A model generated the notes under the pieces. The model searched no databases. It worked only from the letters and a program-made list of their open reading frames with translations, and had not been told where the DNA came from. From NCBI GenBank assembly GCA_964415015.1, contig CAYPXM010000003.1:3004-40319 (forward strand): a stretch of DNA of 37,316 bases. The letters are read 5' to 3'. Made by a program: the position numbers and the translations under genes. Source of the stretch: an uncultured Muribaculaceae bacterium (GTDB lineage: Bacteria > Bacillota_I > Bacilli_A > RF39 > UBA660). Shown in pieces: positions 8,695-17,291 of the stretch; position 1 is the first letter of the stretch; each line of letters opens with the position of its first letter.

Positions 8695-8722
8695 AAAAAG
8701 TAATTTGAAATTACTTTTTTTT
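8695..8722 (+). terminator. rho-independent terminator after smpB
   Basis: AAGTAAT/ATTACTT stem flanked by an A-run and a T-run. Confidence 0.65.
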
Positions 8723-8768
8723 ATTATTTATACATGTTATAATTTATTAAAGAAGGTAGATGTAATAA

Positions 8769-9821
8769 ATGAAAAAGAAAAATAAAATTACGTTATTAGT
8801 AAGTGGATTATTATTAATAATACTATGTGGAATTGGTGCTTTTATTATTTTAGGTGGTAATAAAAAGGATGATGACAAAGATAAAGATAATAAACCATCA
8901 ACACCACCAGTTGTCGAAAAAAAATTAAGTATTGTTGATGTAAATAGTGATAGTAGACCATATGCTGTTATGTATAATAATCATGCAACTGCTCGAAAAT
9001 ATCATAGTGGCTTAGATGATGCATATATCGTTTATGAGCTTATTGTTGAAGGCGGTATGACTAGATATATGGCGGTATTTAAGGATCAAGAAACGGCCAA
9101 AATCGGTAGTGTTCGTTCTTCAAGACATTATTATTTAGATTATGCGATGGAAAATGATGCAATATATGTTCACTGGGGTTGGTCACCACAAGCACAAAGT
9201 GATATTAAATCATATAAAATTAATAATATAAATGGTCTTACATATGAAGGAATCTATTTTTATCGAGATAAAACATTAGGTATATCTTCTGAGCATACCG
9301 GATTTACCTCAATGGAATTACTTAAAAAAGGAGCAACAAAACTTAAATATCGCACTACAACAACCAAAGATTTATTACTAAATTATAGTGTAGATAGTGT
9401 TGATTATAGTGAAAAAGCTGGAGTTACTGATTGTAATAGTGTTCAAATTAAATACTCTGGTAGTTTAACAACCAGTTATGAATATGATGCAATAAATAAA
9501 GTATATAAAAGATTTGTAAATGGTAAAGCACATAATGATTATGTAACTAAAAATCAATATACTGCTAAAAATATAATTACTTATATAGTTAAAAATTCAA
9601 CTATATCTGGTGATGCAAAAGGACGTCAAGAATACTATAATACTGGAAGTGGAACGGGATATTTAATTACTGAAGGTAAAGCAATACCAATTAAATGGAG
9701 TAAAAAAGATCGTAAGAGTCAAACCGTATATACTTATAATGATGGAACAGAGATTAAAGTTAATGATGGAAATACATATATTCAAATACAACCACAAGGA
9801 CAATCATTAACAATTAAATAG
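8769..9821 (+). CDS. DUF3048 (YerB-like) membrane-anchored/secreted protein
   Basis: N-terminal TM/signal anchor. The core RPYAVMYNNH...GLDDAYIVYELIVEGGMTRYMAVF...VRSSRHYY resembles the B. subtilis YerB family, recognised by eye. Confidence 0.7.
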   Translation: MKKKNKITLLVSGLLLIILCGIGAFIILGGNKKDDDKDKDNKPSTPPVVEKKLSIVDVNSDSRPYAVMYNNHATARKYHSGLDDAYIVYELIVEGGMTRYMAVFKDQETAKIGSVRSSRHYYLDYAMENDAIYVHWGWSPQAQSDIKSYKINNINGLTYEGIYFYRDKTLGISSEHTGFTSMELLKKGATKLKYRTTTTKDLLLNYSVDSVDYSEKAGVTDCNSVQIKYSGSLTTSYEYDAINKVYKRFVNGKAHNDYVTKNQYTAKNIITYIVKNSTISGDAKGRQEYYNTGSGTGYLITEGKAIPIKWSKKDRKSQTVYTYNDGTEIKVNDGNTYIQIQPQGQSLTIK

Positions 9822-9833
9822 AAAGGGAAAAAC

Positions 9834-10070
9834 ATGGATACTATATTAAAGTTTTTAATGAATAATTATCTTATTTTCTTGATTATTTTTAGTGTTTTTT
9901 TAGTAATGTTAGCGGGCTATTTTTCTGATACCAAAATGCCTAAAAAAAATAAAAACTTTTTAACTGAAGAACAGGAAATGGAGAAAAAAATATTTGAACT
10001 TAAAAATAGTCCATTAGCCCAAACAACCTTAAATGGTGATAAAGAAACAGATCCAATAATTGGTGAGTAA
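9834..10070 (+). CDS. small membrane protein, hypothetical
   Basis: 78 aa, one TM segment (LIFLIIFSVFLVMLAGYF), AGGGA RBS, tightly packed after the DUF3048 gene. Confidence 0.6.
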   Translation: MDTILKFLMNNYLIFLIIFSVFLVMLAGYFSDTKMPKKNKNFLTEEQEMEKKIFELKNSPLAQTTLNGDKETDPIIGE

Positions 10071-10082
10071 AAAGGAGATTAT

Positions 10083-10481
10083 ATGAAAAATATTAATAAA
10101 AAAAAGATTATCATAATTATTGCTGGAGTAGTAGTATTAATAGGATTAGTAGTATCATTATTTCTAATATTTAAAAAGGATAGTAAAGATTACCAAAAAG
10201 ATCTAGAAACCGATATTAAAGTCTTAGTTGATAATTTCTATCAAAATATTTATTATGATCAAATGGATATAGAAACTTTAAAAAGTTTTAAAGATGAAGG
10301 AATTAAAATGACTTTATCAAGTTTAAAAATAGTAAATGATAACAAAGAAGATTTTATCAATGGCTTTGATGATACAAAATGTGATGAAGATAAAACATTT
10401 GTCTATATATATCCCAATAATGACTTTAAAAAAAGTGATTATAAAATAGAATATCATCTTGATTGTGGTGATTTTAAGTAA
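10083..10481 (+). CDS. membrane-anchored hypothetical protein with a two-Cys ectodomain
   Basis: 132 aa, GGAG RBS, N-terminal TM anchor. The ectodomain (...YQNIYY...MTLSSL...KCDEDKTFVYIY...YKIEYHLDCGD) resembles the juxtamembrane domain of the 25281-26717 protein. Confidence 0.65.
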   Translation: MKNINKKKIIIIIAGVVVLIGLVVSLFLIFKKDSKDYQKDLETDIKVLVDNFYQNIYYDQMDIETLKSFKDEGIKMTLSSLKIVNDNKEDFINGFDDTKCDEDKTFVYIYPNNDFKKSDYKIEYHLDCGDFK

Positions 10482-10498
10482 GCCGTTAAGGCTTTTTT
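10480..10498. terminator. bidirectional terminator between convergent genes
   Basis: AAGCC-GTTAA-GGCTT hairpin with flanking A/T runs. It overlaps the stop of the minus-strand gene. Confidence 0.55.
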
Positions 10499-10860
10499 AA
10501 TTGCTCTAATTCTTCTTGCATTTTTTTGATAACGCGTTTTAATAGTTCTAAATCATCATAATTGTCATCTTCTCGACTACTGTTGCAATTTGCACGTTTT
10601 TCGAGTGGTGGATTATTCATATAAGCACTTCCACCATTTTTATATTGTTTACTATTAATATTAATTGTATTTCCTTGTACTTTAGCTTCTAAAGCTTGTT
10701 GAACAGCACTATTAGCCTCTAATATTTGTGCAACGGTCATTAACCAGTTACCAATCGCATTTTGCTCATTTGCGGTTAAATCACCAATTAAAACGTAGCC
10801 AATAACTAAGCTGGCCAAGGTATATAATTTTGGATTAGGAACTCTATTATCATTATTCAT
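10486..10860 (-). CDS. hypothetical protein (124 aa)
   Basis: ORF with an AGAGG RBS. Hydrophobic/amphipathic N-terminal half (LASLVIGYVLIGDLTANEQNAIGNWLMTVAQILE) and an acidic/coiled C-terminus. No family assigned. Confidence 0.65.
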   Translation of the reverse strand: MNNDNRVPNPKLYTLASLVIGYVLIGDLTANEQNAIGNWLMTVAQILEANSAVQQALEAKVQGNTININSKQYKNGGSAYMNNPPLEKRANCNSSREDDNYDDLELLKRVIKKMQEELEQLKKP

Positions 10861-10888
10861 AGCAAGCCTCTAATTAATTATATTAATA

Positions 10889-10907
10889 TTGCAAATATGA
10901 TTTGCAA
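10889..10907. promoter_or_regulatory. perfect palindrome TTGCAAAT-ATG-ATTTGCAA in a divergent promoter region
   Basis: 8-bp arms with a 3-bp spacer. The right-arm TTGCAA lies 17 nt upstream of TGATATTAT (-10 at 10925-10930), which serves the 10969 gene. Confidence 0.4.
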
Positions 10908-10968
10908 ATAAATGGGCAATATGATATTATTTATTTAGAATAGAAAAGAATAAAAGGGTGTTATATTT

Positions 10969-12948
10969 ATGCGTCGAGAAGATTTTTTTGAAAAAATAGA
11001 ATTATTAGTTAAAATGACTGGGGCTAAAATGGCTAATGGGGAAAACCTAATAGCAGAATTAGACGAAATTAAGGATGAGTTATCTGTTATAAAAGCAGAA
11101 AAAAAAGCCTTGAAAGCGGAGATGAATGAAGACCGTTATTTTGACGCTGCAGCAGAAATAGTTGATCGTAACCTAGTAATTGGTTTAAAAAAACAAATCA
11201 ATCGCATAAAAGAGGAAATTGAAGCAACTAATAATATACTAAATGAAAGTATTAAAGCTGAAGAACAATTAAATGTTGAATTATTCAGTGTAGAAAATGC
11301 CCTTAATAATGATAATAATTACATAAATAGTTTAGAACAAAGAATTAATAAATTAAGTAAGAGTGGAGAAAGTGAAGATTTTAATCATTATAATGATTCA
11401 CTTAGTATCGCTAAAGAAAACTATAAAGAAGAAAAAGATAAAGTTAATGAGTTAAATAAACAATATAAAGAAGTTTTAGAAACTATTGATCAGAAGACTA
11501 CTTTAGTTGAATCATTAAAAGAAAAGCTAGAAGATTTAAAACATAAATTAAAAGATATCAATTCTTCATTAGAAAATAAAGATGCTTATGTTAATGTAGA
11601 TTTAAAAGCATTAGATGATAGTAAAATTGCTATTTTTGATGAAAAAATAGACACTTTAGAAGAGAAAAAACTTAAAATAATAAATGATCCTGTATATATG
11701 GCCAATGAAATTAAAGAATCATTAAGCGATGATGATGTTATTGGTGCAATGAAAAAAACCAAAGAATTAATTAAAGTCGTTAGTAAATTGCCATTTATGG
11801 ATGAAGATGATAATGATAAATTAATTGAATTAAAAGCATCTTTAGTAAGTGAAAAAGATGAATTTGTTAAATACATTGAAAATAAACGATATGATGAAAT
11901 AAATACGGAAGTGTTAAGTGATCGAGTTGTTTATTTAAATAACGTTATAAGTACTATTAATGAAGAAATTGATCTTATATGTAAAAAAATAGCTCGTGTT
12001 GATAATGGTGGCTCTAACATGGCTACATTACTTAAAAAAGCAACTAATGATAAAGAAGCAATCGAAACTGACATAACTTTATATGAAAATATTTTAAGTA
12101 CTGAAGAACATATGCCAATCCGTCGTCGTAATGCTATTACGACAATACTAACTAAGAAAAATGATCAATTAAAAGCGATAAATAAAATAATTGAAGCATA
12201 TAAAACAGAAGAATTTCAATATTTAGAAGAGATATATAACTTAGAAAATAGTGACTTAGCGTTATTAAAAGCTAAAATACAAGTAATTGAAGACGAAAAA
12301 GAGAGTATTAATAAAGTAATTAGTAACTTAAAAAGTAAAAATAAAGATGTTTTAGCTGAAGAAAGCGATAAAGAAGTATTAAAGGAATTTGATGAAAAAA
12401 TAAAAGCCATTGATACGCGCTTAGAATTTAGTGAATCATTATCTAGTATTAAAAATGATATTGAACAATATTTTGGTGAACAAGCTGATTTAAATGAAGT
12501 TGTATTAGATACCATAGAAGAAAAAAAAGAGCCAGTTGAAGAAGATAATAAAGAAGCAAATGAAATAGTCTTTAAATCAATCGATGATATTTTAACTGCT
12601 AATGATGATTTAGTTAAAGAAGAAACAATAACTAAAGAAGAAGAAACTCCTGAATTAGAATTTGTTGATTTTGATGATGATAAGTTCTTAGAAATACCAG
12701 AATCAAACGTTGTTAAACTTGATGATATCTTGGAAAGTACAAGTAATTTTGAACCTTTATATGATAATATTGAAGAAGTAAAACCATTATTTGAAAAAGA
12801 ACCAACTGATTATCAATTTGAATCTGTAACCAGCTTTAATCTTCCACAATTTGAATTTCCAAATAATTTAGAAGAAGATCCTGAATTATTAGAAGTTATA
12901 GAAGTAACACCGATTATTGTTGAAGATAAAAATGGAGAAGGTGAATAA
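10969..12948 (+). CDS. large coiled-coil protein with an acidic C-terminal tail, hypothetical
   Basis: 659 aa, heptad-like and rich in K, E, L, I and N throughout. The last ~150 aa are strongly acidic (E/D-rich). GGGTG RBS. Confidence 0.75.
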   Translation: MRREDFFEKIELLVKMTGAKMANGENLIAELDEIKDELSVIKAEKKALKAEMNEDRYFDAAAEIVDRNLVIGLKKQINRIKEEIEATNNILNESIKAEEQLNVELFSVENALNNDNNYINSLEQRINKLSKSGESEDFNHYNDSLSIAKENYKEEKDKVNELNKQYKEVLETIDQKTTLVESLKEKLEDLKHKLKDINSSLENKDAYVNVDLKALDDSKIAIFDEKIDTLEEKKLKIINDPVYMANEIKESLSDDDVIGAMKKTKELIKVVSKLPFMDEDDNDKLIELKASLVSEKDEFVKYIENKRYDEINTEVLSDRVVYLNNVISTINEEIDLICKKIARVDNGGSNMATLLKKATNDKEAIETDITLYENILSTEEHMPIRRRNAITTILTKKNDQLKAINKIIEAYKTEEFQYLEEIYNLENSDLALLKAKIQVIEDEKESINKVISNLKSKNKDVLAEESDKEVLKEFDEKIKAIDTRLEFSESLSSIKNDIEQYFGEQADLNEVVLDTIEEKKEPVEEDNKEANEIVFKSIDDILTANDDLVKEETITKEEETPELEFVDFDDDKFLEIPESNVVKLDDILESTSNFEPLYDNIEEVKPLFEKEPTDYQFESVTSFNLPQFEFPNNLEEDPELLEVIEVTPIIVEDKNGEGE

Positions 12949-12949
12949 T

Positions 12950-13195
12950 ATGACTTTAAAAGTAAATACTGTAATAAAATTAATTAATAAGGAAAGTTAT
13001 GTTATCCTAAATGAAATTAATTATGAAAACGAAAAATACTTCTTGGTTATGGGTGTAGATGATAATAAAGATGTAATTCCGGCTAAAGTGTTAATCATTA
13101 AAGAAGTGTTAAAAAATAATAAAGCTTTTGTTAAAATAGTTACTGATCAAGAATTAATTGTCAAGTTAACTAAAATATTAAAATCACAAATGTAA
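12950..13195 (+). CDS. small hypothetical protein (81 aa)
   Basis: ATG at 12950 lies 1 nt after the upstream stop and follows a GGAGAAGG RBS (the track ORF starts at 12917). Confidence 0.6.
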   Translation: MTLKVNTVIKLINKESYVILNEINYENEKYFLVMGVDDNKDVIPAKVLIIKEVLKNNKAFVKIVTDQELIVKLTKILKSQM

Positions 13196-13210
13196 TTTGT
13201 GATTTTTTTT
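13181..13210 (+). terminator. rho-independent terminator
   Basis: 10-bp stem AAATCACAAA/TTTGTGATTT, 5-nt loop, T-run. Confidence 0.75.
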
Positions 13211-13240
13211 GTTATAATAATTTTATGGAAGGATTTATTT

Positions 13241-13780
13241 ATGGAATTAAAAAATAGTAAAACGGAAAAAAATTTATTACAAGCTTTTGCTGGTGAATCA
13301 CAAGCCCGTAATAAATATACCTATTATGCTTCTAAAGCAAAGAAAGACGGCTACGAACAAATTGCAGCAATATTTGAAGAAACTGCTAAAAACGAATTAG
13401 AACATGCTAAAATATGGTTTAAAATATTACATGGTGGAAATATTCCTAGTACCATCGATAATTTAAAGGATGCGGCTAGTGGTGAGAACTATGAATGGAC
13501 AGAAATGTACCGTGAATTTGCGAAGACAGCCAAAGAAGAAAATTTTGATGAGATAGCTAATCTATTTTTAATGGTGGCAGATATTGAAAAACATCATGAA
13601 GAAAGATATTTAAAACTATTAGGTAATATTAATGATAATATTGTCTTTAGTCGTGGTGAAGAAACATTTTGGATATGCCGTAATTGTGGGCATGTATATT
13701 ATGGTAGGGAAGCTCTAGAAATATGTCCAGTATGCAACCATCCTCAGTCATATCAAGAAATTAAGAGTGAAAATTATTAA
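13241..13780 (+). CDS. rbr: rubrerythrin
   Basis: Ferritin-like di-iron domain ([16 protein letters not shown]...ELEHAKIW...EKHHEERY) plus a C-terminal rubredoxin CxxC...CxxC (CRNCG...CPVCN). ATG at 13241 follows a GGAAGGA RBS. An extended -10 TGTTATAAT lies at 13210-13218. Confidence 0.92.
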   Translation: MELKNSKTEKNLLQAFAGESQARNKYTYYASKAKKDGYEQIAAIFEETAKNELEHAKIWFKILHGGNIPSTIDNLKDAASGENYEWTEMYREFAKTAKEENFDEIANLFLMVADIEKHHEERYLKLLGNINDNIVFSRGEETFWICRNCGHVYYGREALEICPVCNHPQSYQEIKSENY

Positions 13781-14346
13781 ATAATTTTATCTATAATGCC
13801 ATATTTTAAAGCATCGTTTGGAGATAAATAGTTATCTCTATCGGTGTCTTTTTCTATGTCTTTAATCGTTTTGTGACAATTTTTAGCGAGGATATGATTT
13901 ATCCGATCTTTTAATCTCTTTATTCTTTTAGTTTGAATCAATATATCACTTGCTTGACCACTAATACCTCCTAGTATTTGATGAATCATTATTTCACTGT
14001 TCGCAAGTGCATATCTTTTATTTTCTGCTCCACTAGATAATAATACGGCTGCCATACTAGCAGCTTCTCCAATTACGATGGTAATAACATCACTTTGAAT
14101 AAAATTCATGGTATCATAAATTGCTAATCCTGATATTACTTCTCCACCCCCACTATTTATATATAAAGATATATCTTCATGCGAGATACTATCTAAGTAT
14201 AATAACTCGGAAATAACTAAATTTGCAGCTACCATATTGATTTCACCATTTAAAAAAATAATTCGTTCATTTAACATTTTGGAATATAAATCAACACTAA
14301 ATTCATGGGTACTAGTGCTATCAATAATAGTTGGAATAATATTCAT
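13777..14346 (-). CDS. clpP: ATP-dependent Clp protease proteolytic subunit
   Basis: ClpP core with the catalytic Ser (GEAASMAA), His (IMIHQ) and Asp (DTDRDNYL). AGGAGA RBS. Confidence 0.95.
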   Translation of the reverse strand: MNIIPTIIDSTSTHEFSVDLYSKMLNERIIFLNGEINMVAANLVISELLYLDSISHEDISLYINSGGGEVISGLAIYDTMNFIQSDVITIVIGEAASMAAVLLSSGAENKRYALANSEIMIHQILGGISGQASDILIQTKRIKRLKDRINHILAKNCHKTIKDIEKDTDRDNYLSPNDALKYGIIDKII

Positions 14347-14456
14347 AAAAGTCTCCTAATACTATTTTAGTAGTAAAAGATTTTTTTATACTTAAAATGT
14401 TGTGACAAAATGATATTTATTTGGTAAAATTAATATTAGAATAAAGGGTGTATAAA

Positions 14457-16121
14457 ATGATAAAAGTTACTTTTAATAATGGCAAATCTGAATCTTTTCC
14501 TAAAAATACGCCTATTAAAGCAATAGCAACATATTATGAACCATATATGGAAAACCCAATATTAGGTGCTGAAATTGATAATGAGATTGTAGCCATGAAT
14601 GAATTAGTTAATCATGACTGTATTATAAAGTTTTTAGATGTATTAGATATTAATGGATACAAGATGTATCAAGCCGGTTTAAAATTTATATTTGAAGTAG
14701 CATTAAAGGATACTTTTGGTAAACATACATGTGTCTATTACGAGCATTCTGTTGGTAAGGGCTTAATAGCTAATGTTTCTAATGGTACGATAAAAGAAAG
14801 TGATACTACTAAAATAAAAGAATGTATGGCTAAAATAATCGGTGATGATTTAGTTTTTGAACGACATTTAATATATAAAAAAGATGCCATAAATTATTTT
14901 AATAAAATAGGGTATCATGAAAAAGCATTAAATATTCAAAATATAAATAATGATATTATATCGTTATATAAATTAAAAAATAATATTAATTATTTTTATA
15001 GCAAAATGCCCTACAGTACAAAAGCTATTTCTAAGTTTAATATTAAATATTTAGGTAATAATAAATATGTACTATTATATCCATCTTCAAGAACTAAAGG
15101 CAGTGTTCCAGAGTATGTCCATTATGATAATGTTATTAAAACTTTTCAAATCGATAAGAATTGGTTACGTTTATTAAATGTTCCCTATGCAAGTGATATA
15201 AATAATATGGTGGCATGTAATAATATAAATACTTTTATTCGTACCAGTGAATTGGATTTTAACAATAAAATATTTAATATTGTAAATGATATAATGGATC
15301 GTGATGATGTCAAATTTATTATGATTGCCGGTCCATCAAGTAGTGGTAAGACAACAACGACAAGAAAATTATCTTTTAACCTTCGTAGTAGAGGTTTAGA
15401 TCCTGTAATAATTAGTGTCGATGATTATTTTGTCGATCGTGATAAAACGCCTCTAGATAATGATAATAATCCTGATTATGAAAGCTTACAAGCTATTGAT
15501 TTAGCATTCTTTAATGAACAGTTAAATAAAATGTTAAATGAAGAAGAAGTAACTATTCCATCATATAATTTTGTTACTGGCAAAAGAGAGTTTCGTCGTA
15601 AACCAGTTACTTTAAAAGAAAATAGTATTATATTAATTGAAGGATTACATTGTTTAAATAATGAATTAGTACCAGATATTCCACCTGAGTATATGTATAA
15701 AATTTATCTAAGTCCTTTTATTCCCTTAAATATCGATCGTCATAATTATATTTCTACTATTGATTTACGCTTTTTAAGACGGATGGTAAGAGATTATCAA
15801 ACAAGAGGTCGGAGTGTCGATGAAACTATTGATTCATGGCAAAGTGTAAGAAAAGGGGAAGAAAAATATATTTTCCCATATATTCATCAAGCTGATTGTA
15901 TTTTAAATACTGCATTACCATATGAAATTGGTGTATTAAAAGTATTTTGTGAACCATTATTATTTAATGTTGGTATTAATTCTATTTTCTTTGAAGAAAC
16001 AAGAAGATTATTAGATTTTTTAAAAATATTTTATTCAATAAGTGCTGAAGCCGTTCCAAATGATTCAATAATTCGAGAATTTATTGGTGGTTCAGTCTTT
16101 AGTGAGGAGAGTGTCAAATGA
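14457..16121 (+). CDS. uridine/nucleoside kinase family protein (PRK/udk-type P-loop) with a long N-terminal extension
   Basis: Walker A IMIAGPSSSGKTTT in the C-terminal half. The ~280-aa N-terminal domain resembles the large udk-like proteins of Clostridia. ATG at 14457 follows a GGGTG RBS (the track ORF starts at GTG 14448). Confidence 0.75.
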   Translation: MIKVTFNNGKSESFPKNTPIKAIATYYEPYMENPILGAEIDNEIVAMNELVNHDCIIKFLDVLDINGYKMYQAGLKFIFEVALKDTFGKHTCVYYEHSVGKGLIANVSNGTIKESDTTKIKECMAKIIGDDLVFERHLIYKKDAINYFNKIGYHEKALNIQNINNDIISLYKLKNNINYFYSKMPYSTKAISKFNIKYLGNNKYVLLYPSSRTKGSVPEYVHYDNVIKTFQIDKNWLRLLNVPYASDINNMVACNNINTFIRTSELDFNNKIFNIVNDIMDRDDVKFIMIAGPSSSGKTTTTRKLSFNLRSRGLDPVIISVDDYFVDRDKTPLDNDNNPDYESLQAIDLAFFNEQLNKMLNEEEVTIPSYNFVTGKREFRRKPVTLKENSIILIEGLHCLNNELVPDIPPEYMYKIYLSPFIPLNIDRHNYISTIDLRFLRRMVRDYQTRGRSVDETIDSWQSVRKGEEKYIFPYIHQADCILNTALPYEIGVLKVFCEPLLFNVGINSIFFEETRRLLDFLKIFYSISAEAVPNDSIIREFIGGSVFSEESVK

Positions 16122-17122
16122 TAAAAGTAGCAATTAATGGGTTTGGTCGTATTGGCCGACTAGCTTTTCGGGAGTTAATAACTAATCCGGAGTTTATTGT
16201 TGTAGCAATTAATGATTTATCAAGTTCGGAGGAATTAGCATATTTACTTAAATATGATACTAATCATCGAAGTTTTCATGAAGATATTATTACTTTCGAT
16301 GATAATAATATTATTGTTAATAGTAATATGAAATATCCTGTTTATAATGAGAGTGATCCTAGTAATTTACCATGGAGTAAATTAGAAGTTGATGTTGTAC
16401 TAGAATGTAGTGGACGATTTACAAAATATGAGGATGCTTATAAACATATTGATTCTGGGGCTAAAAAGGTTTTAATTAGTGCTCCTGGTAAAGGCAATAT
16501 GAAAACGATTGTTTATGGTGTTAATGAAGATATTTTAGATGGAACTGAACAAATAATTAGTGCAGCATCATGTACTACTAATTGTCTAGCCCCTCTTTTA
16601 AAAGTAATTAATGATCATTATCAAATTAATAAAGGATTTATGACTACAGTTCATGCTTATACTAATGACCAAGCTACTTTAGATATCGCTCATAAAAAAG
16701 GGATATATGCAAGACGTGGCCGAGCTTGTGCTCAAAATATTGTTCCAGCTTCCACTGGGGCTGCTAAAGCAATTGGAGAAGTAATTCCTTCTTTAAAAGG
16801 TAAACTAGATGGAATGGCATTTCGGGTACCAGTAAGTGATGGTTCGGTTATTGATGTTACTTTAGAGTTAAATTGTAATACTACCGAAGATGAAATTAAT
16901 AATTTATTAAATGCTAATAAAAGTATCGTATTACGAGTAACTCATGATCCTATTGTATCGAGTGATGTAATTGGTAAAAAATGTGGTACTTTAGTTGATT
17001 TACAATCAACCAATGTACTAAATGTTAATGATACTCAATTGGTTAAATTAGTTGCTTGGTATGATAATGAATTAGGTTATACAAGCCAAATGATTAGAAC
17101 TTTAGAATGTCTATTTAAATAG
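16118..17122 (+). CDS. gap: glyceraldehyde-3-phosphate dehydrogenase
   Basis: INGFGRIGR NAD-binding motif and the catalytic SCTTNCLAP. The start overlaps the upstream stop (ATGA). Confidence 0.96.
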   Translation: MIKVAINGFGRIGRLAFRELITNPEFIVVAINDLSSSEELAYLLKYDTNHRSFHEDIITFDDNNIIVNSNMKYPVYNESDPSNLPWSKLEVDVVLECSGRFTKYEDAYKHIDSGAKKVLISAPGKGNMKTIVYGVNEDILDGTEQIISAASCTTNCLAPLLKVINDHYQINKGFMTTVHAYTNDQATLDIAHKKGIYARRGRACAQNIVPASTGAAKAIGEVIPSLKGKLDGMAFRVPVSDGSVIDVTLELNCNTTEDEINNLLNANKSIVLRVTHDPIVSSDVIGKKCGTLVDLQSTNVLNVNDTQLVKLVAWYDNELGYTSQMIRTLECLFK

Positions 17123-17131
17123 ACATTTTTT
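17106..17131 (+). terminator. rho-independent terminator after gap
   Basis: AATGTCTA/TAGACATT stem spanning the TAG stop, followed by a T-run. Confidence 0.6.
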
Positions 17132-17176
17132 ACTGGAAATAATTGATACTTAATGCTATACTATTTAAGTATTAAT

Positions 17177-17253
17177 GGCCCGTTGGTGAAGTGGCTTAAC
17201 ACATAGCCCTCTCAAGGCTACATTCACGAGTTCGAACCTCGTACGGGTCACCA
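17177..17253 (+). tRNA. tRNA-Glu (anticodon CUC), CCA encoded
   Basis: Manual cloverleaf: acceptor GGCCCGT/ACGGGTC (identical to B. subtilis tRNA-Glu), anticodon stem TAGCC/GGCTA, loop CT-CTC-AA, T arm ACGAG-TTCGAAC-CTCGT. Confidence 0.9.
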
Positions 17254-17263
17254 AGTGGTATTT

Positions 17264-17287
17264 AAAGATGTTTTTACATCTTTTTTT
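17264..17287 (+). terminator. rho-independent terminator after tRNA-Glu
   Basis: AAAGATGT-TTTT-ACATCTTT hairpin followed by a T-run. Confidence 0.7.
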
Positions 17288-17291
17288 ATTA

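Noticed and set aside
11586-12515. Two minus-strand ORFs (11586-11876 and 12216-12515) inside the coiled-coil gene.
   Set aside because: They are antisense to a long, well-supported ORF. Their Ser/Leu/Ile/Phe-rich low-complexity translations are the mirror image of the K/E/N-rich sense codons. They have no RBS.
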